A DNA stretch of 63,976 bases, filler included, from Lenisia limosa (GCA_001655205.1; 10 parts of 10 records of this genome joined end to end with filler, not necessarily neighbours in it); one strand, 5' to 3'; shown: positions 23,701-36,982, numbered from the whole stretch's first letter. The notes: generated by a model from the letters alone, not told the origin. Numbers and translations are program-made.

Positions 23701-26421
23701 ACACAAAACAAAAACAAGGGGAAAATTGGAAAATTAAAAAAAAAAGCCCAAAGCAACTTTGGTAGTATAATGTTGGGAACAACAAAACAAAGTCCGGGCC
23801 AGTCGCTTCCTCTCATTAAACTATTTGGGAATAAATTGTCAACTCATTTTCACCTGTTTGTTTGAGAGAAAAAAGAAAAAAAAAAAGGGGGGGGGGGGNN
23901 NNNNNNNNNNNNNNNNNNNNNNNNNNNNNNNNNNNNNNNNNNNNNNNNNNNNNNNNNNNNNNNNNNNNNNNNNNNNNNNNNNNNNNNNNNNNNNNNNNNN
24001 NNNNNNACATTTCGTGGTAGGACTTGAGGGACATTTGGAGAATGTGAACTGAGCTTCGGGGGTCGGGGTGTGGAATATTGAAGTCCATACATGAGAGAAA
24101 GAACCTGAAAAGATTAGCCCCATGTTTACATAAACACAGCAATATTTGTGCATGTATCTGTAAAAATTATCGCAGTTACATTAACTCGTCTGATACTCAC
24201 TTCACCCCCATCAAACCAGTAATACTCAAGCAAGTTTGGCTTTGTGTCAACAGGTAAGTCAACCGGGTCAATAACTAAAGAGTCACTCCAGCAACCTCAC
24301 TCAGAAGTTGGATGGTATACATAGCAAACCCCCCCCCCCCCCNNNNNNNNNNNNNNNNNNNNNNNNNNNNNNNNNNNNNNNNNNNNNNNNNNNNNNNNNN
24401 NNNNNNNNNNNNNNNNNNNNNNNNNNNNNGGCTTGATGGACTTGATGTTGCTCATGAGATTACTAGCCATTGTGGAGTACTAAATATACATATAAATAAG
24501 CTTTTCAAAAAAACTTGACATATACGATTGTCCCCCCAAAACTAAAGGAAATATCTTAAATAAGAACAACGAAAGGTTTGAGTTCCAACCCCATCAAATA
24601 CCAGAGTTATATTCCATCAATATATATACTAATTATATGAAACAAAAATCAATCCAAAACAAAATTTCTCTGAATTAATACAGCCGCACGTTATGCCCCA
24701 CCATGTTGCCTGTACTCTGAGAGTGAACAAGATGGTTGAAGAAGGAGACAACGCAAATGGCAACGACGGCTTCTGGTCCAGCCCGTTCAAATGCCAGTGG
24801 AATCAGGCTTTGGACCTTTTGATACAGTCTAAGAGGATCAAAATAGGAACCTAAGGAGTAAAAGTGGAAAACTTATGAAACAAAAAGCCCAAAATCAACT
24901 CTGTTGGCACACAATGTTTGTGAACAACAAAACTAACAAAGCCCAGGCCAGTCGTTTCTGCAGTAACACANNNNNNNNNNNNNNNNNNNNNNNNNNNNNN
25001 NNNNNNNNNNNNNNNNNNNNNNNNNNNNNNNNNNNNNNNNNNNNNNNNNNNNNNNNNNNNNNNNNNNNNNNNNNNNNNNNNNNNNNNNNNNTTGGCTGCC
25101 AACACACGAGGGTTGATAACAACAAAAACAACAAAGAACAAACTGTGGACCCCCTAACATGATTGCAGGATCCCAAAGGTTGAAGTGGAGTGCGGCTGGA
25201 ATGTACGCGGCAATAGCAAGGAGTTGTTGTGACTACAGGGTGAAACAAACTTTCTTTAAATAAACCTGAGAGAAAAACGTAATTGACTTGGAATTTTATC
25301 GTGGTGATGACCACATACAATGGAAGAAGGGAAGAGCAAGTTGAAGTCCGAGCTTTTAATGGAGGTAACTGCCCCGAAGGTTGTGTCAAAGTAGTCTGAA
25401 AGAAAATAAGATCTGAGAAACAAGGTATCTTTGGAGAAATGAAATCCCAGGTGAAAGGATAAATAACAGTCTACATAACAAAACATTTAGTTTGGACTGG
25501 GCTGACCTAGAAACATTGCGCGAGTTGACGTTTCTCCAAGAATCGCCTCGTGCGCAAAAGTGCCTGAGGAGTCAAGCGGTGAAGGAGCATAGAAAAATAG
25601 GAACGTTTAAAGAGTCAAAGAGAGAGAGAAGAACATAGTTATCAATAGTCGTTTATTAGAATGGTAGTGGTGAATAAATTGAAAAGATGTACCAATGACA
25701 CACATACCAATGGAAGGGGTGGAAGAGGAAGGGTTTGGTATTCGTGGAGCTGCGGTTGAAGGAACTGAGACCTGCAGAAGTAAAACAACAAAAGAACCAG
25801 CTCTGAACAAGAGAATATAATATTCAGATCCCAAAATTGGGTCCACCCACAAGTGCATCACGCTGAACGTTGGACACTGGAGTCTCCTAAAAAGTAAGAC
25901 TGGTGTTGCGAGGGTGTAAGTCATCTTAATTACACACCTTTTCGAGGTCGACTTTCGGACCTGAGGGTCGAGGGTGGCAAAATTGACATACTAAATGGAA
26001 TTACAACGATGAATAGCAGGTCATGAGGAACCTCACAAAAAAAAATGACAAAAGATTTGATCTGCCCACCTCTTTTCCTTGATTTGCATGATGAACAGAC
26101 TGGAAATCCTCGGCATTTCAACTTCCTTGTTCTACAAAACGCACAGGCCACCTTATGGAGCTTGAAGGTCCCAGTAGACTGATCAGTCACTCGTCTGACC
26201 TTTCTTTTGTGCTTTGAAAAATTGACTAGTTCACAAAAAACCTGGCCATTTACCACAGAGAAGGGAGGAGGAGGGTTACCATCCTCATCCAGGTCGGCTT
26301 CTGTAAAGGCTGGGGTAAAAAAATAGCTTCCTTCCTTTATCGGTGCTTGATAGGTTTCAGTTGGTTGTACAACTTCAGAATCGAAGCCTGGAAGCGGGAT
26401 ATGGAACTGAAGGCCAGACAT
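20798..26421 (-). CDS. Zn(II)2Cys6 (GAL4-type) binuclear-cluster transcription factor, multi-exon; 3' end approximate
   Basis: Splicing the exon ending ~26073 to the exon at ~25990 gives CAFCRTRKLKCRGFPVCSSCKSRKRVCQFCHPRPSGPK, an exact C-x2-C-x6-C-x5-C-x2-C-x6-C motif. Downstream exons (DYFDTTFG..., QLLAIAAYIPAA, LYQKVQSLIPLAFERAGPEAVVAICVVSF) loosely resemble the middle region of fungal TFs. Exons below ~23600 are assigned to this gene by strand and splice signals only. Confidence 0.8.
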
Positions 26422-26613
26422 TCTAGAAATTACATTGCTTAAATGTCTCTAACGTACTATATACCTTTAATACTGTGTCATAGAACCTTGTTACTCCGAA
26501 TTGTTGCAATTTTTTGAATTCAATTTTGCGTTATTATACTGACGCGGCCGTAGTTTGTATTTAAAAAAAATTGAGTTGAATTGTTTTCCTTTTTAATTCT
26601 GAATTAGATTAAA

Positions 26614-28375
26614 ATGGTGCATTATTCTGATCTTGGACTTGTTAACTCTAAGTAAGCGGTTAATGGTTTTTTTTTTTCGGGATTCGATTGAGATGTTCCA
26701 GATTCTTGCTTGCTTTGATGTTGTTTTCAAATATTCGTATTATTTTAAGTTGAGAGTTTTTTCACCAAATGAGGAAACGAGGTTTTTGATTTAGCATTCA
26801 CTTTCCAGGGCTCTCTTCGCCAAGGCTGCCACTGGAGGCTATGCTATTCCCGGTCAGAGGAGATTTCCAAGATTTTGTGAAGAGAGTTGAATTGTCATAT
26901 TCGTGATACCTCGTGCCCATCGCTTTAACTCTCTTAGGCTACAACATCAACAACATGGAACAGCTCCAGGCGGTCGTTCAGGCCTCCGTCGAGACTGAGT
27001 CTCCCGTCATCATCCAGGTTTCTTCTGGTGCTCGCAAATACGCCAACCAGACTCTCCTCAGGTTTGTTTTCCTTGATTTTCCATTATTTTCAGGACAATA
27101 CGTCGTCAAACTTCTTTATTTCTTTTCCTGTATTTAACCAAATTTAGATACATGGCCCAAGGTGCCGTCGAGTACTCTCGTGAGCTCTTTAACAATGGCA
27201 AGACCCTTCCCATCGTCCTCCACCTTGACCATGGTGATTCCTTCGAACTCTGCAAGTCTTGCATTGAAACCGGTTTCTCATCTGTCATGATCGGTAAGCT
27301 TCCGTATCTTTTTCTTACTTGATTAAAATAAAACATTTTGATTTCCCATTAACCCTACACTGACCCCCTCATCCACTGATCATTCAGACGGCTCTCACCT
27401 CGACTACGAGGCCAACATCGAGCTCACCCGTCGCGTCGTTGAGTTCGCCCACAAGCACAATGTTTCCGTTGAGGTTAGAAAGATTTCCTCTGCATATTTT
27501 TAGTTCCTCTTACCTTATATTTTTGTGGAACGGCAACTCCTTTTTTTTCACTTTTCAGGGAGAGCTTGGTGTTCTTGCTGGTATTGAGGACGACGTTTCC
27601 GCTGAGGAGCACGTCTACACCCAACCCCAGGAAGTCGAGGACTTCGTCAAGCGTACTGGTGTCGACTCACTCGCCATCTCTATTGGTACTTCCCACGGTG
27701 CCTACAAGTTCAAGGTTCGACTCATGTTTACTTTTGTTGTTGGTTGCCATTCTGACTTGCCCAGCCCGGAACCGACCCCAAGATCCGTCTTGACATCCTC
27801 CACGAGATCGAGAAGCGCATTCCCGGCTTCCCCATTGTTCTCCACGGCTCTTCTTCCGTCCCCCAGGATCTCGTTGAGAAGATCAACAGTACGCCCGCCC
27901 TCTAAAACTCATTTTACTGACACCATTCTTCTCGATTTTGTCTCGAGTTTCCTCTTTTACCCCCCCCCNNNNNNNNNNNNNNNNNNNNNNNNNNNNNNNN
28001 NNNNNNNNNNNNNNNNNNNNNNNNNNNNNNNNNNNNNNNNNNNNNNNNNNNNNNNNNNNNNNNNNGTGAGGACCAGCTCCGCGAGGCCACCAAGTCCGCC
28101 GTCTGCAAGATCAACATCGACTCCGACGGCCGTCTCGCCATGGTACGCCAACTCCCCTTCTCCATTTCTTTATTCTTTCCTCTCCTTTACCCCCCACCCT
28201 TTCTATTATCACCCCTCAGACTGCTACCATCCGTGAGGTCTTCAACCAGAAGCCCGGAGAATTCGACCCCCGCAAGTACCTCGGCCCCGCTCGTGACTCC
28301 CTTAAGAACCTCTACATTTCCAAGAACAAGAACGTCCTCGGCTGTGCCGGCCACGCCTTCGACCACCTCCAGTAG
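26614..28375 (+). CDS. fba: Class II (Zn-dependent, type B, bacterial-like) fructose-1,6-bisphosphate aldolase with at least 8 introns
   Basis: Spliced product [43 protein letters not shown]...SPVIIQVS...[33 protein letters not shown]...[15 protein letters not shown]...[15 protein letters not shown]...FPIVLHGSS...[14 protein letters not shown]...[11 protein letters not shown]...HLQ*. All class II metal and substrate motifs (HLDH, DGSH, EGELG, SHG, LHG, KINI) are present. One exon is partly in a gap. Confidence 0.96.
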
Positions 28376-28599
28376 ATGTCGGAGCATGCATTAATATATT
28401 ATAGTTTTGAAACCCCCAGCCCGTGCTTCATGTACATCCTTTAATTGAAACAAAGGAAAACTACATCATATCAGACTCAAGAAACGAAGTTGAATAGGCG
28501 AAAACAAATACACAGCCAAATAACATAGTCTTCACTTTTCATTAAGCAAGGATCGACAAAGTTCTAGAAGCTGGGGAATTTCCTCAATTCTCAAACACC

Positions 28600-31500
28600 C
28601 GCTATCTGACAACCCTCGAATTCGAGCAACAAACTGGGGAGAGTAAATGGAATTTGATGAATTGAATTCAAATTACAATAAATATTCGTAAGATCACGAA
28701 ATAAAAAATAAAAATCCAGACAGTGTCACAATTTGACACCCAATTCTATGTTTCAAGCAGAAAACCACACTCACAGTTGGATCAATAGACGAAAAAGCAG
28801 GTGGTGGTGTACCTGTACAAGCGGGGACGTCTGAATAGTGAGAGTCAGTCAGTATCTGTCAAGAAAAATCGACTGAAATGGAAAATAGTCCAATCAATTT
28901 GAACGTTCATTCATTACATGGTTGGCTACACTTTATTACTGCCAGATCCTATCAAAAGAATTCTTCAACTCTATTACGGCCCATACCTGGCTCATCATCT
29001 GAAAAAGACTCTTCAAATCCCATCAAGCTGAATAGTTACGGCAAGGATTGTAAAGAAATAGCAGTATTAGTAGTACAACCAAGCAATAATAACTCTTCGA
29101 AAAAGAAATACATACTCAGTGTACTCCTCTTTTGTGAGTCCAAAATGCTTGGGCTTAGCGTGTATCAAAAACATTGCGGCTGAGTGCAACTGGTGGTTGA
29201 GAGAAATGTTGGGAAATAAAAGAACTGGGTGAAGGGCAGGGTAAAGCGAAAAAGGGAAAAAAAAAAAAAAAGCATATTGTAAGTAGTTTGTATATTAAAT
29301 GATAGTATATATCGATATGCATATTACATACTATAAAATATGTAGAATATAATATACTACTACCCAAAAAAGAAACTATTATACAGGTTGTCAACAGAGC
29401 TAATATTGGGTTGTTTTTTTGGTTGTTTCAAAAAAAATATTCAAACCTTACCCCCCCATCTAAACATACCTGTGTGAGGTAGTAACCGGGTTCCCCCTGA
29501 AGCACCATTGGGTCTCTGGAGAATGAGCAAATGCTCATGATAAGATCATAATGAATAGCTCAGAAGAACCCCCAAAAAGTTAGAAAAAAATAATTATATC
29601 TCTTTGTCCAATCCAAACTACAGTTTGAAGATCTTACCTGAAACGAGAGATGTATTCGATGTGTGAAAACATTTTCTTTGGCCTAGCTTTGAAGACGCAC
29701 CAAATTAAAATTGGAAGAAGGTCATCTAAGTTCCATCAGGTTATATTTTGTTCAGCCGTATTGAGATACCTGATATCAGCAAAAAGCAAATTAAGCACAA
29801 ATAGATATGCCCATTTCTCACCAGCAGCAACCGTCACATTGGCACCTTCGGACGACTAAAGAGTAAATATATACGGAGCGGGTGACGAAATCGATATCAC
29901 CATCAATAGAAACTCGAATCGATTTTCGATTTCCATGCTGAACAAAGCAGGTTCCACATACTGTGATTGCGCGAATAATCAGTTTACAGCAGTTCATGAT
30001 GCAGACAAGTTGGTCCCTAGACAACCATAAACGATAAGAAAGATATAGGCCTGACAATACAATTTCAGCAAAAAGTCAGAACAGAATTGGTCAACACTTA
30101 GACTTACCTTGGAGATTTGAAAGAATGAATGTTACTAAGCTGCTCCCAAGCCTGGAGAGATAAAACCTATGCAGCAACTTAAATAACCTAGTGCACAAAA
30201 CGATGCCCTCCCCCAAATCCGTACAGGTTCAAGCAGTTCTTGGTTAGCACGGCCTTCGGGAACCTCCAAATGGTCCGGCGTTAGCCAGCTGAGAGCGTCA
30301 AGTCGAGCCTCTAGCTTGGTGTCTTCAATGGCATCATCAGTGTCCTGCGGGCAGAAAGCAACGGAATATACCTACGGAGGAGTGTTATTATTAATACTGA
30401 AGTGGAGGGGGGTTTGAGAAGAAAACTAGCTAATATTGCATCCGTTATTTTGCGTTATTCAAGATCGATTGTCTCTAATTTTCAAACTGGTAGGAAATCA
30501 TTGTAAATATTGATATTATGGCTCATCCATTGTGATTATGGGGAACCAGAACGCATGCACACCTTTGTCATAATATAGCGTTCCATGCCTTCCGTTGCCA
30601 AAGACACTTCATCATCAGACGACTTAGCCCAGAGTGGAGACGCCCAAAGTTTGTCTGGAACCTGGGGTTGTCAATCTACCACTAAAGATGTACAATGACA
30701 AAACACATTATTTAGTCAACAGAAATAACTGTGGCATTCTAGTGGTTCTGGAAGTTTACCTCTTTCATAAAGTTGTGAACATCAGCAATCATTTGGTCAA
30801 CTGTTATCGGTCTGAATAGTGAAAAACTGTGAAAGAAAAATGAAGCTATGAAACCAAAAATTGATGATAACCTACTTGTCTACAATGCCTCGAATAAGAT
30901 CTGACACCGAACGAGCAAGTTTGGCGGCCTTTGGGTCCGTCATTTTCCGGTGGAACTGTAATATTGTAAGGAAATATTTACACCGTGTAATCATACACAG
31001 GGAGTATGATATCAAGCAAAAACCACCTAAGGGGCTTTGCTTCAAACTAAGACTTTATATGCATACCTGGTGGAATGTCGACTTTCGAGGAACCTTAAAA
31101 AGTAAAATGCAAGAAAGAAGGAGAGAACAGGTCATAAAAACGATTACCATTACTTTGAATTTATGAGGATATCAGTCGTTCAAATTGCAATATTATATCG
31201 ATACTTTGTATTCTTTCAAAAAAAACAATATCAATTGAAGCCAACTACATTGGAAACCCACTAAAAAAAACCCCACGCACATCAGACGAAACACTCGTGC
31301 ACTCGCTGCGAGCTGTACTACCGCTTCGATCTCTGATCTCCTCACCAAGTAACTAGGATTGTGAGTTGTTGGACAAATAATTGATACGAAAGTTATTTTA
31401 AATTTTAGAATCCAAAAAAAAACTCACGTTGTCATCATGTGGCTTTGTTGCAGAAGATGGAGAAGGGGATGGGAGCGGAGGGGAGCTGGCTTGTGGCGGG

Positions 31501-34120
31501 GTGGGAGTCGGTGGCTGTATTGATGTACTATGGTCTGGACTACAAGAATAAATACTTGAAACATAAAAGTTATTTGGGCTCCAGAAATCCTCAAAAAGTG
31601 AATAATAATCAACATTTGACTACGGTGTGATTGAAATGCGGAAAAATATGACATGACTAATCTAACACCAACCAACCCACAATTCAGAAATATCAAACAG
31701 GTTAGAGTGGACTCTTGGAATGGACTGGGGTTGGGGCGGCGTGGCAGAAGTTTGGATCGAGAGGTTTAGGAGGTCAGCGAAGGGGTCATGTGCTGAATAG
31801 TCAGAATCGAAACCAATATCGAAGTTTTCCTTTTTTTGTCACCTGGGGAGGGAGTGGGGGTAGGGTTAGTGAATTTAAGTCACAGTCGCATTCCTAATAA
31901 AAAAAAAACTATACCACAGGAACATAAAATCCACCCACGCTGAGCAGGCTGTGTTTTGGCATCTGTCAGAAGACAGGTTGGTGATGGCGATGAGGGTGGT
32001 GAAGTAGCAGCGGGAGGGGCGCTTTCCTGGGGTGCAACAGGAGTCCCCATTGTTATCCAGGAACACTGGGGGTATAGGAGTGGTCTAGGAATGTAATGGG
32101 CAGTATGAAAAAAATGGGGGGGGGGGGGNNNNNNNNNNNNNNNNNNNNNNNNNNNNNNNNNNNNNNNNNNNNNNNNNNNNNNNNNNNNNNNNNNNNNNNN
32201 NNNNNNNNNNNNNNNNNNCCAAATAACTGCCATTTACCTGTCAATAAGCACAATTTGAACGGTTTGATTAATTACATCACTGTACATTCCTGGAGCCGTA
32301 AGAAATAAAACTTCCACATTATATCATAGCATTTCTTTATTTTTTTTAAATAGTCTGTATTTGGATTGATGTAAAAACAAACCCTCAACAGTTTCGCTAA
32401 AATTGAACAATACTAATAGACGCAACTAATCCTCACCCGAGTGTTGCTGTCGGAGAATTATTGCAGAATCTTCTTCGAGTGAACATGAAGATGGTGACAG
32501 TAGCGCCCTAAAAGGCGGTTGGAAATTCACATTATGACACCATCATTTGGGTAATAATATGACATGGAGTGTACACACCTTAATGTATGAATTCACTTTA
32601 CCATATGATAACGTACTAGAAAAGATACTTTTCCCATACCCACTCGAAAACTGCAGGGGAGACGATGGAAGTGATGGAGGTATCAACAATGCAACTCGCA
32701 TCCCCAACAGGGTTGCGCTGCATCACAATCTAATGTATTAATCTGGTTCCAGCACAATGTAGCAAAATATGACGTATCGTTCTGCTAAACAGTAACGTAA
32801 AATACTCGCTTCAAATCAGATATGACATGTATGCAGGGTGCCAGCATGTGATGTCACCCAAATACTTTCAGAGTCTCATCAGAGGAATTGGAGGAATTCA
32901 GCACCCCGCCTGATAGCAATACAACGCGGTCATCTAAGGTGTTAAAAGTTCTTTTATCCACTAATATCAGGTTATGTTATTTTAAATAACAGTAAATGCA
33001 AGCCACACAAAACAAAAAACAAAAATGTCAGGTCAGGAGTAATAAAGATACATAGGTCTGGTCGACTATTTGAATAGAAATGCACTTGGCTGTATATTTC
33101 CGTTGAATTTAAAATATTTTGAGCATAGTCAATGTGATTACTGGAAAAGGACAAACTATTGGCTAGGTCAGAGGTATCGCATCCTGGGATTGACCCCGCT
33201 TTGAAGCCGATATGATGCTCCACGAAATCTCTCGATAGAAACACGTCATCACATGAAGCAGAGATGGGTACAAATATCAGGCCTCCCTGAAATTTAAGGA
33301 CGCGGAGTTCAAATGAAGGATATTTTGGTGAATATTTTATAAATAAATGGGAATTTATGGGGGAAACTCTAACTCTGTTTTAAAACACGTTTGTTTTGAC
33401 ATATAAAGCATACAGCCGTCTCTTGTCAGCTCATGTAAAGGCTACCAATCCACATTAGGGAAGTGTAAGAAGATGAAAAAGGGAAATAACTTCCCAAAAC
33501 ATACAGGAGTATTCTTTAAGACTGCTAGAAGGTCATGAAAAACGGGGTCCTTTAGACTCCGAAGCAATGAATTATGCGCTTCTTCGTAGCCAAACAGTCC
33601 GCTAGATGATGGCGTTGCTATGAATGTCAGATACTATGAGAGAAAAGAGACGATTAATCATCATATCAATAGAAAAGATCGGATAAAGAAGCCAAACCTT
33701 CGTTTGAATTGTCCGTTTCAGGTTTCACTTTAGATGACCCTGGCTAAAGAAGGTAATAAACAGGGGTGGAAGATTTCTCCATGAAAGCTCAATAACCAAA
33801 CTAGCCTACCCAAAATGCCGATATACTCGGTCTTGGAAGGAACGAGAATCGACTCTTCGGTGGAGTTTCGGTCATTTCCACTCACACTTTGCTTCTCGTG
33901 TGCATTGACGCCGGAAAACAGCTTCAATATTTCAAAATATGTCCAAATCTATCAGGTAAGCGTAGATATTTGAAGAGGACTGAAGAGGATCAAGAATTTT
34001 TAAAGCAAGTTGCTGCGGCGTCGTAATTCTGTCCACACTCACAGACTACTTGTGTGATAATGTGATAATACACTGGGTTTCCTGATGCTGTGGGATGTTT
34101 TGATGTTACTGTTGTCAACA
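28600..34120 (-). CDS. VPS9-domain Rab5/Vps21 guanine-nucleotide exchange factor (Rabex-5-like) with long S/P-rich N-terminal region; ends approximate
   Basis: Exons 29090-30960 give ATEGMERYIMTK, LEARLDALSWLTPDHLEV, SFKSPRDQLVCIMNCCKLI, AADDLLPILIWCVFKARPKKMFSHIEYISRFRDPMVLQGEPGYYLTQLHSAAMFL, the canonical VPS9 core. Upstream exons (31430-34120) are S/P-rich and are linked by strand and splice sites only. Confidence 0.85.
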
Positions 34121-34266
34121 GCATAGCATGCCCATGAGATTGCTTGGTTGTAACATATGATTGAGAAGAGAAAACAATGTAACAGCACTTGTGTTCTGTT
34201 TTAATAACACATCAATCTAAGAAAACAAAAGCGAACAAGAACAAGATGATAATGACACGAAGGCTT

Positions 34267-36170
34267 CTACTCTTCGAAGTCATCAATGACCTGAAATATC
34301 AAGGTGAAGCAAAAGGAACATAATACGTTGGGAGGGAGGGGTGGGCATCTGCTCCTTGGGAACAACAACGAAAACAGAGCCCCTTCATCCCACGACATAG
34401 TGAAATGAACACCACGTCCAGCCAGCAAACACAAATAGGAGATGCAGCGACATGAAGACCCTCGGCAATCAGGGACTCCTTGACCTTGTCATCAACCTCA
34501 GCCACGGCGTGGAGGAAATTGGAGGCGGCTGCTCTCACTGTGACGTGAAATGACAAAAAAAAAAAGAAAAAGAAAAAAAAGAAAAAAAAACACACTTGAT
34601 AGCAAATAATTTGTGTAATATGTGTATGCGCTCCCTTCCTTATTTAACCATTAATTCTTCACACATACCTTAATACAAATACCGAAACACTATTCAGCTT
34701 AATCCACCGTTCCACCCCCTCCCCCTCCCTCATACACACCCAATACAACTCCTCTCCCNNNNNNNNNNNNNNNNNNNNNNNNNNNNNNNNNNNNNNNNNN
34801 NNNNNNNNNNNNNNNNNNNNNNNNNNNNNNNGTTGTTGAAATGGCAATGGGAACAACCGGGAGAACAGGCTTCAGGCAACCCTCTAGTTTATAAGGATGA
34901 TGGTGGAATGTACCGTGAAAACCAATACTCCAAAACTCTACGATTAATATTCAAACAAGAAAGAGAACGCAAAAGAAGACCCCTCCCACGTCTACGAGGC
35001 AACTTTGCAAGAACATGGAAGGCAAGAGATTTGATACGAGGCTTGACATCCTTATCCTTCACAAGATTGATGATGGCCTGGGTGGGGCGTAAAAACGGTT
35101 TTTCTGTTTTACTAGTCAATAAAACGAATTTGTGACATAATAAAATGCAGAGTGTGTCAAAAGGTACACACTAAGCCAAATATAAAAACGCAGGACAGAC
35201 AATAGATGTGTGGACATCAAAGCCTCACCTCGGAGGAACCGGTCTCAATGNNNNNNNNNNNNNNNNNNNNNNNNNNNNNNNNNNNNNNNNNNNNNNNNNN
35301 NNNNNNNNNNNNNNNNNNNNNNNNNNNNNNNNNNNNNNNNNNNNNNNNNNNNNNNNNNNNNNNNNNNNNNNNNNNNNNNNNNNNNNNNNNNNNNNNNNNN
35401 NNNNNNNNNNNNNGAGATCGAATCAATAAAATTTGATAGTGAATCCCCATTCTTCATACGCGGTTGAGAGCAGAGAAACCTCCGAGCTTGCGTGCTTCGT
35501 TTGAGATACTCTGGGGTGTCAGAAGAAGGGACATGGTGAGATTGCCCAAATGGAGTGGGTCTGGGGTGTCAGAAGAAGGGATATGGTGAGATTGCCCAAA
35601 TGGAGTGGGTCTTCTTCTTTTTTTGAAAGAAGGCCACACCACACCCTGGTTCAAAACAATAAAAACGATTAATAGTCTATGTTAATTAGAAAGAGAATAA
35701 TAGGTAACATTTTGATGATAAAATATGAGCTTACTCTGGTGATTGACGAGTTATCTTGACAGGCTTTAGTGATAAGCTTGGCAGAAAGGTACTGGGTCTC
35801 AGTGTTGCCGTTGTAGAGAAGACGAACAAGCTGGCCCACGTAGCCCTTCAGGATACCATATTCGTGGACTGGGATGATGATTATAAAAAAAGAAATGGCA
35901 TACTTTCTTACAAAAAAGAGTTAAAAAAAACCGAAATCCTTAACGTTATACATGTATATTATGTATGCGGAACAAAGCATATCTCTCCGGTGCATACTGG
36001 AGACATTAGTTTCACAGAGGTCCTTGAGGCCCTTGTTGGCACTGGTAATGTCGTTGCTGATGAGTTGGCGGAAAGCGGCACGCTCAGTATGCACTTCAGC
36101 TATAGTGGTTAGCAAATGAGAAAGATAATGAGTGTATAATGTGTTTACTTTCTTCAACAATAGCCTAAAT
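34267..36170 (-). CDS. Armadillo/HEAT-repeat helical protein; may be the 3' part of the presequence-bearing ORF at 36372-36710
   Basis: Exons ERAAFRQLISNDITSANKGLKDL, GYVGQLVRLLYNGNTETQYLSAKLITKACQ, EARKLGGFSALNR, AIINLVKDKDVKPRIKSLAFHVLAKLP, VRAAASNFLHAVAEVDDKVKESLIAEG and terminal VIDDFEE* show ARM-like amphipathic helix patterns. Confidence 0.55.
35511..35612 (+). repeat. 50-bp direct tandem duplication at an intron 3' end
   Basis: CTGGGGTGTCAGAAGAAGGGA(C/T)ATGGTGAGATTGCCCAAATGGAGTGGGT occurs at 35511 and 35561. Confidence 0.9.
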
Positions 36171-36371
36171 ACTCGAAAATCACCAAGGTGATTTCATTTT
36201 CCAATTGAAACAAAAACACAATCTCTCCTCTTTCAACAAAAACAGGTAAAGGTAAATGGGATTGGGGTGCAGCAAAATTAATGCAGACTGATAAGAATGA
36301 CAAGGATATTTTCCAATCAAAGCTACAACACCTCCATAATGATAAAATAACAATCATACCCCGAACAACAA

Positions 36372-36710
36372 CTAACACAGCCAACCAGAAGAGGAGTAGA
36401 GCTTGTAGATAATTGGCATAGAAACCATCGTGATAGCTCCAAGGTAATAGGGAAGAACTACACAATAAGTGGGAGAAGTCACTTCAACGCAATCAGCAAC
36501 ACCATTCTTACGTCTCTTGTCTCCCCATCCGTGTACACGGCCAATGTAATAAGGGGTCTTGAGTCTGTCAATTAAAGGGAGGGAAGGGATCTGCTCAGTA
36601 GCCTGGGTGGAGAGCATTCTCCGAAGTGGCATTCTGAGTGATACTGTAGATGGCTTAAACATTGACCTTAAGGGTGTGAAAAGCCGAGTGGCAAGAGTTC
36701 TGGTAAACAT
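36372..36710 (-). CDS. Protein with a mitochondrial-type N-terminal presequence and a hydrophobic segment
   Basis: MFTRTLATRLFTPLRSMFKPSTVSLRMPLRRMLSTQ is rich in R/S/T/L, has no acidic residues in the first ~38 aa and shows an RRML-S cleavage-like motif. LPYYLGAITMVSMPIIY follows downstream. Confidence 0.5.
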   Translation of the reverse strand: MFTRTLATRLFTPLRSMFKPSTVSLRMPLRRMLSTQATEQIPSLPLIDRLKTPYYIGRVHGWGDKRRKNGVADCVEVTSPTYCVVLPYYLGAITMVSMPIIYKLYSSSGWLC

Positions 36711-36982
36711 GATGAGTTATGCTCCTTCCAGGTTTCTTTCTTTCTGCTATTTCAGTGCTGTGATACTATACAAACGTTTAGCAGCCTATGAATGGTAAAA
36801 GAGCTGGCTGGGAGCTTTTCTTATTATCAAGTACCGCCACATGATCTTCAGATCATTAGGACAACCCTTTTTAAACGCACACTAAAGTGACTAAACAGGA
36901 CTAAAGAGAATCAAATTAAGTTTATTTGATAATAGAAGAGCTTTGAGGTGAGTAGGAAGGAGCTTTATTGGCGGAGGTACTC

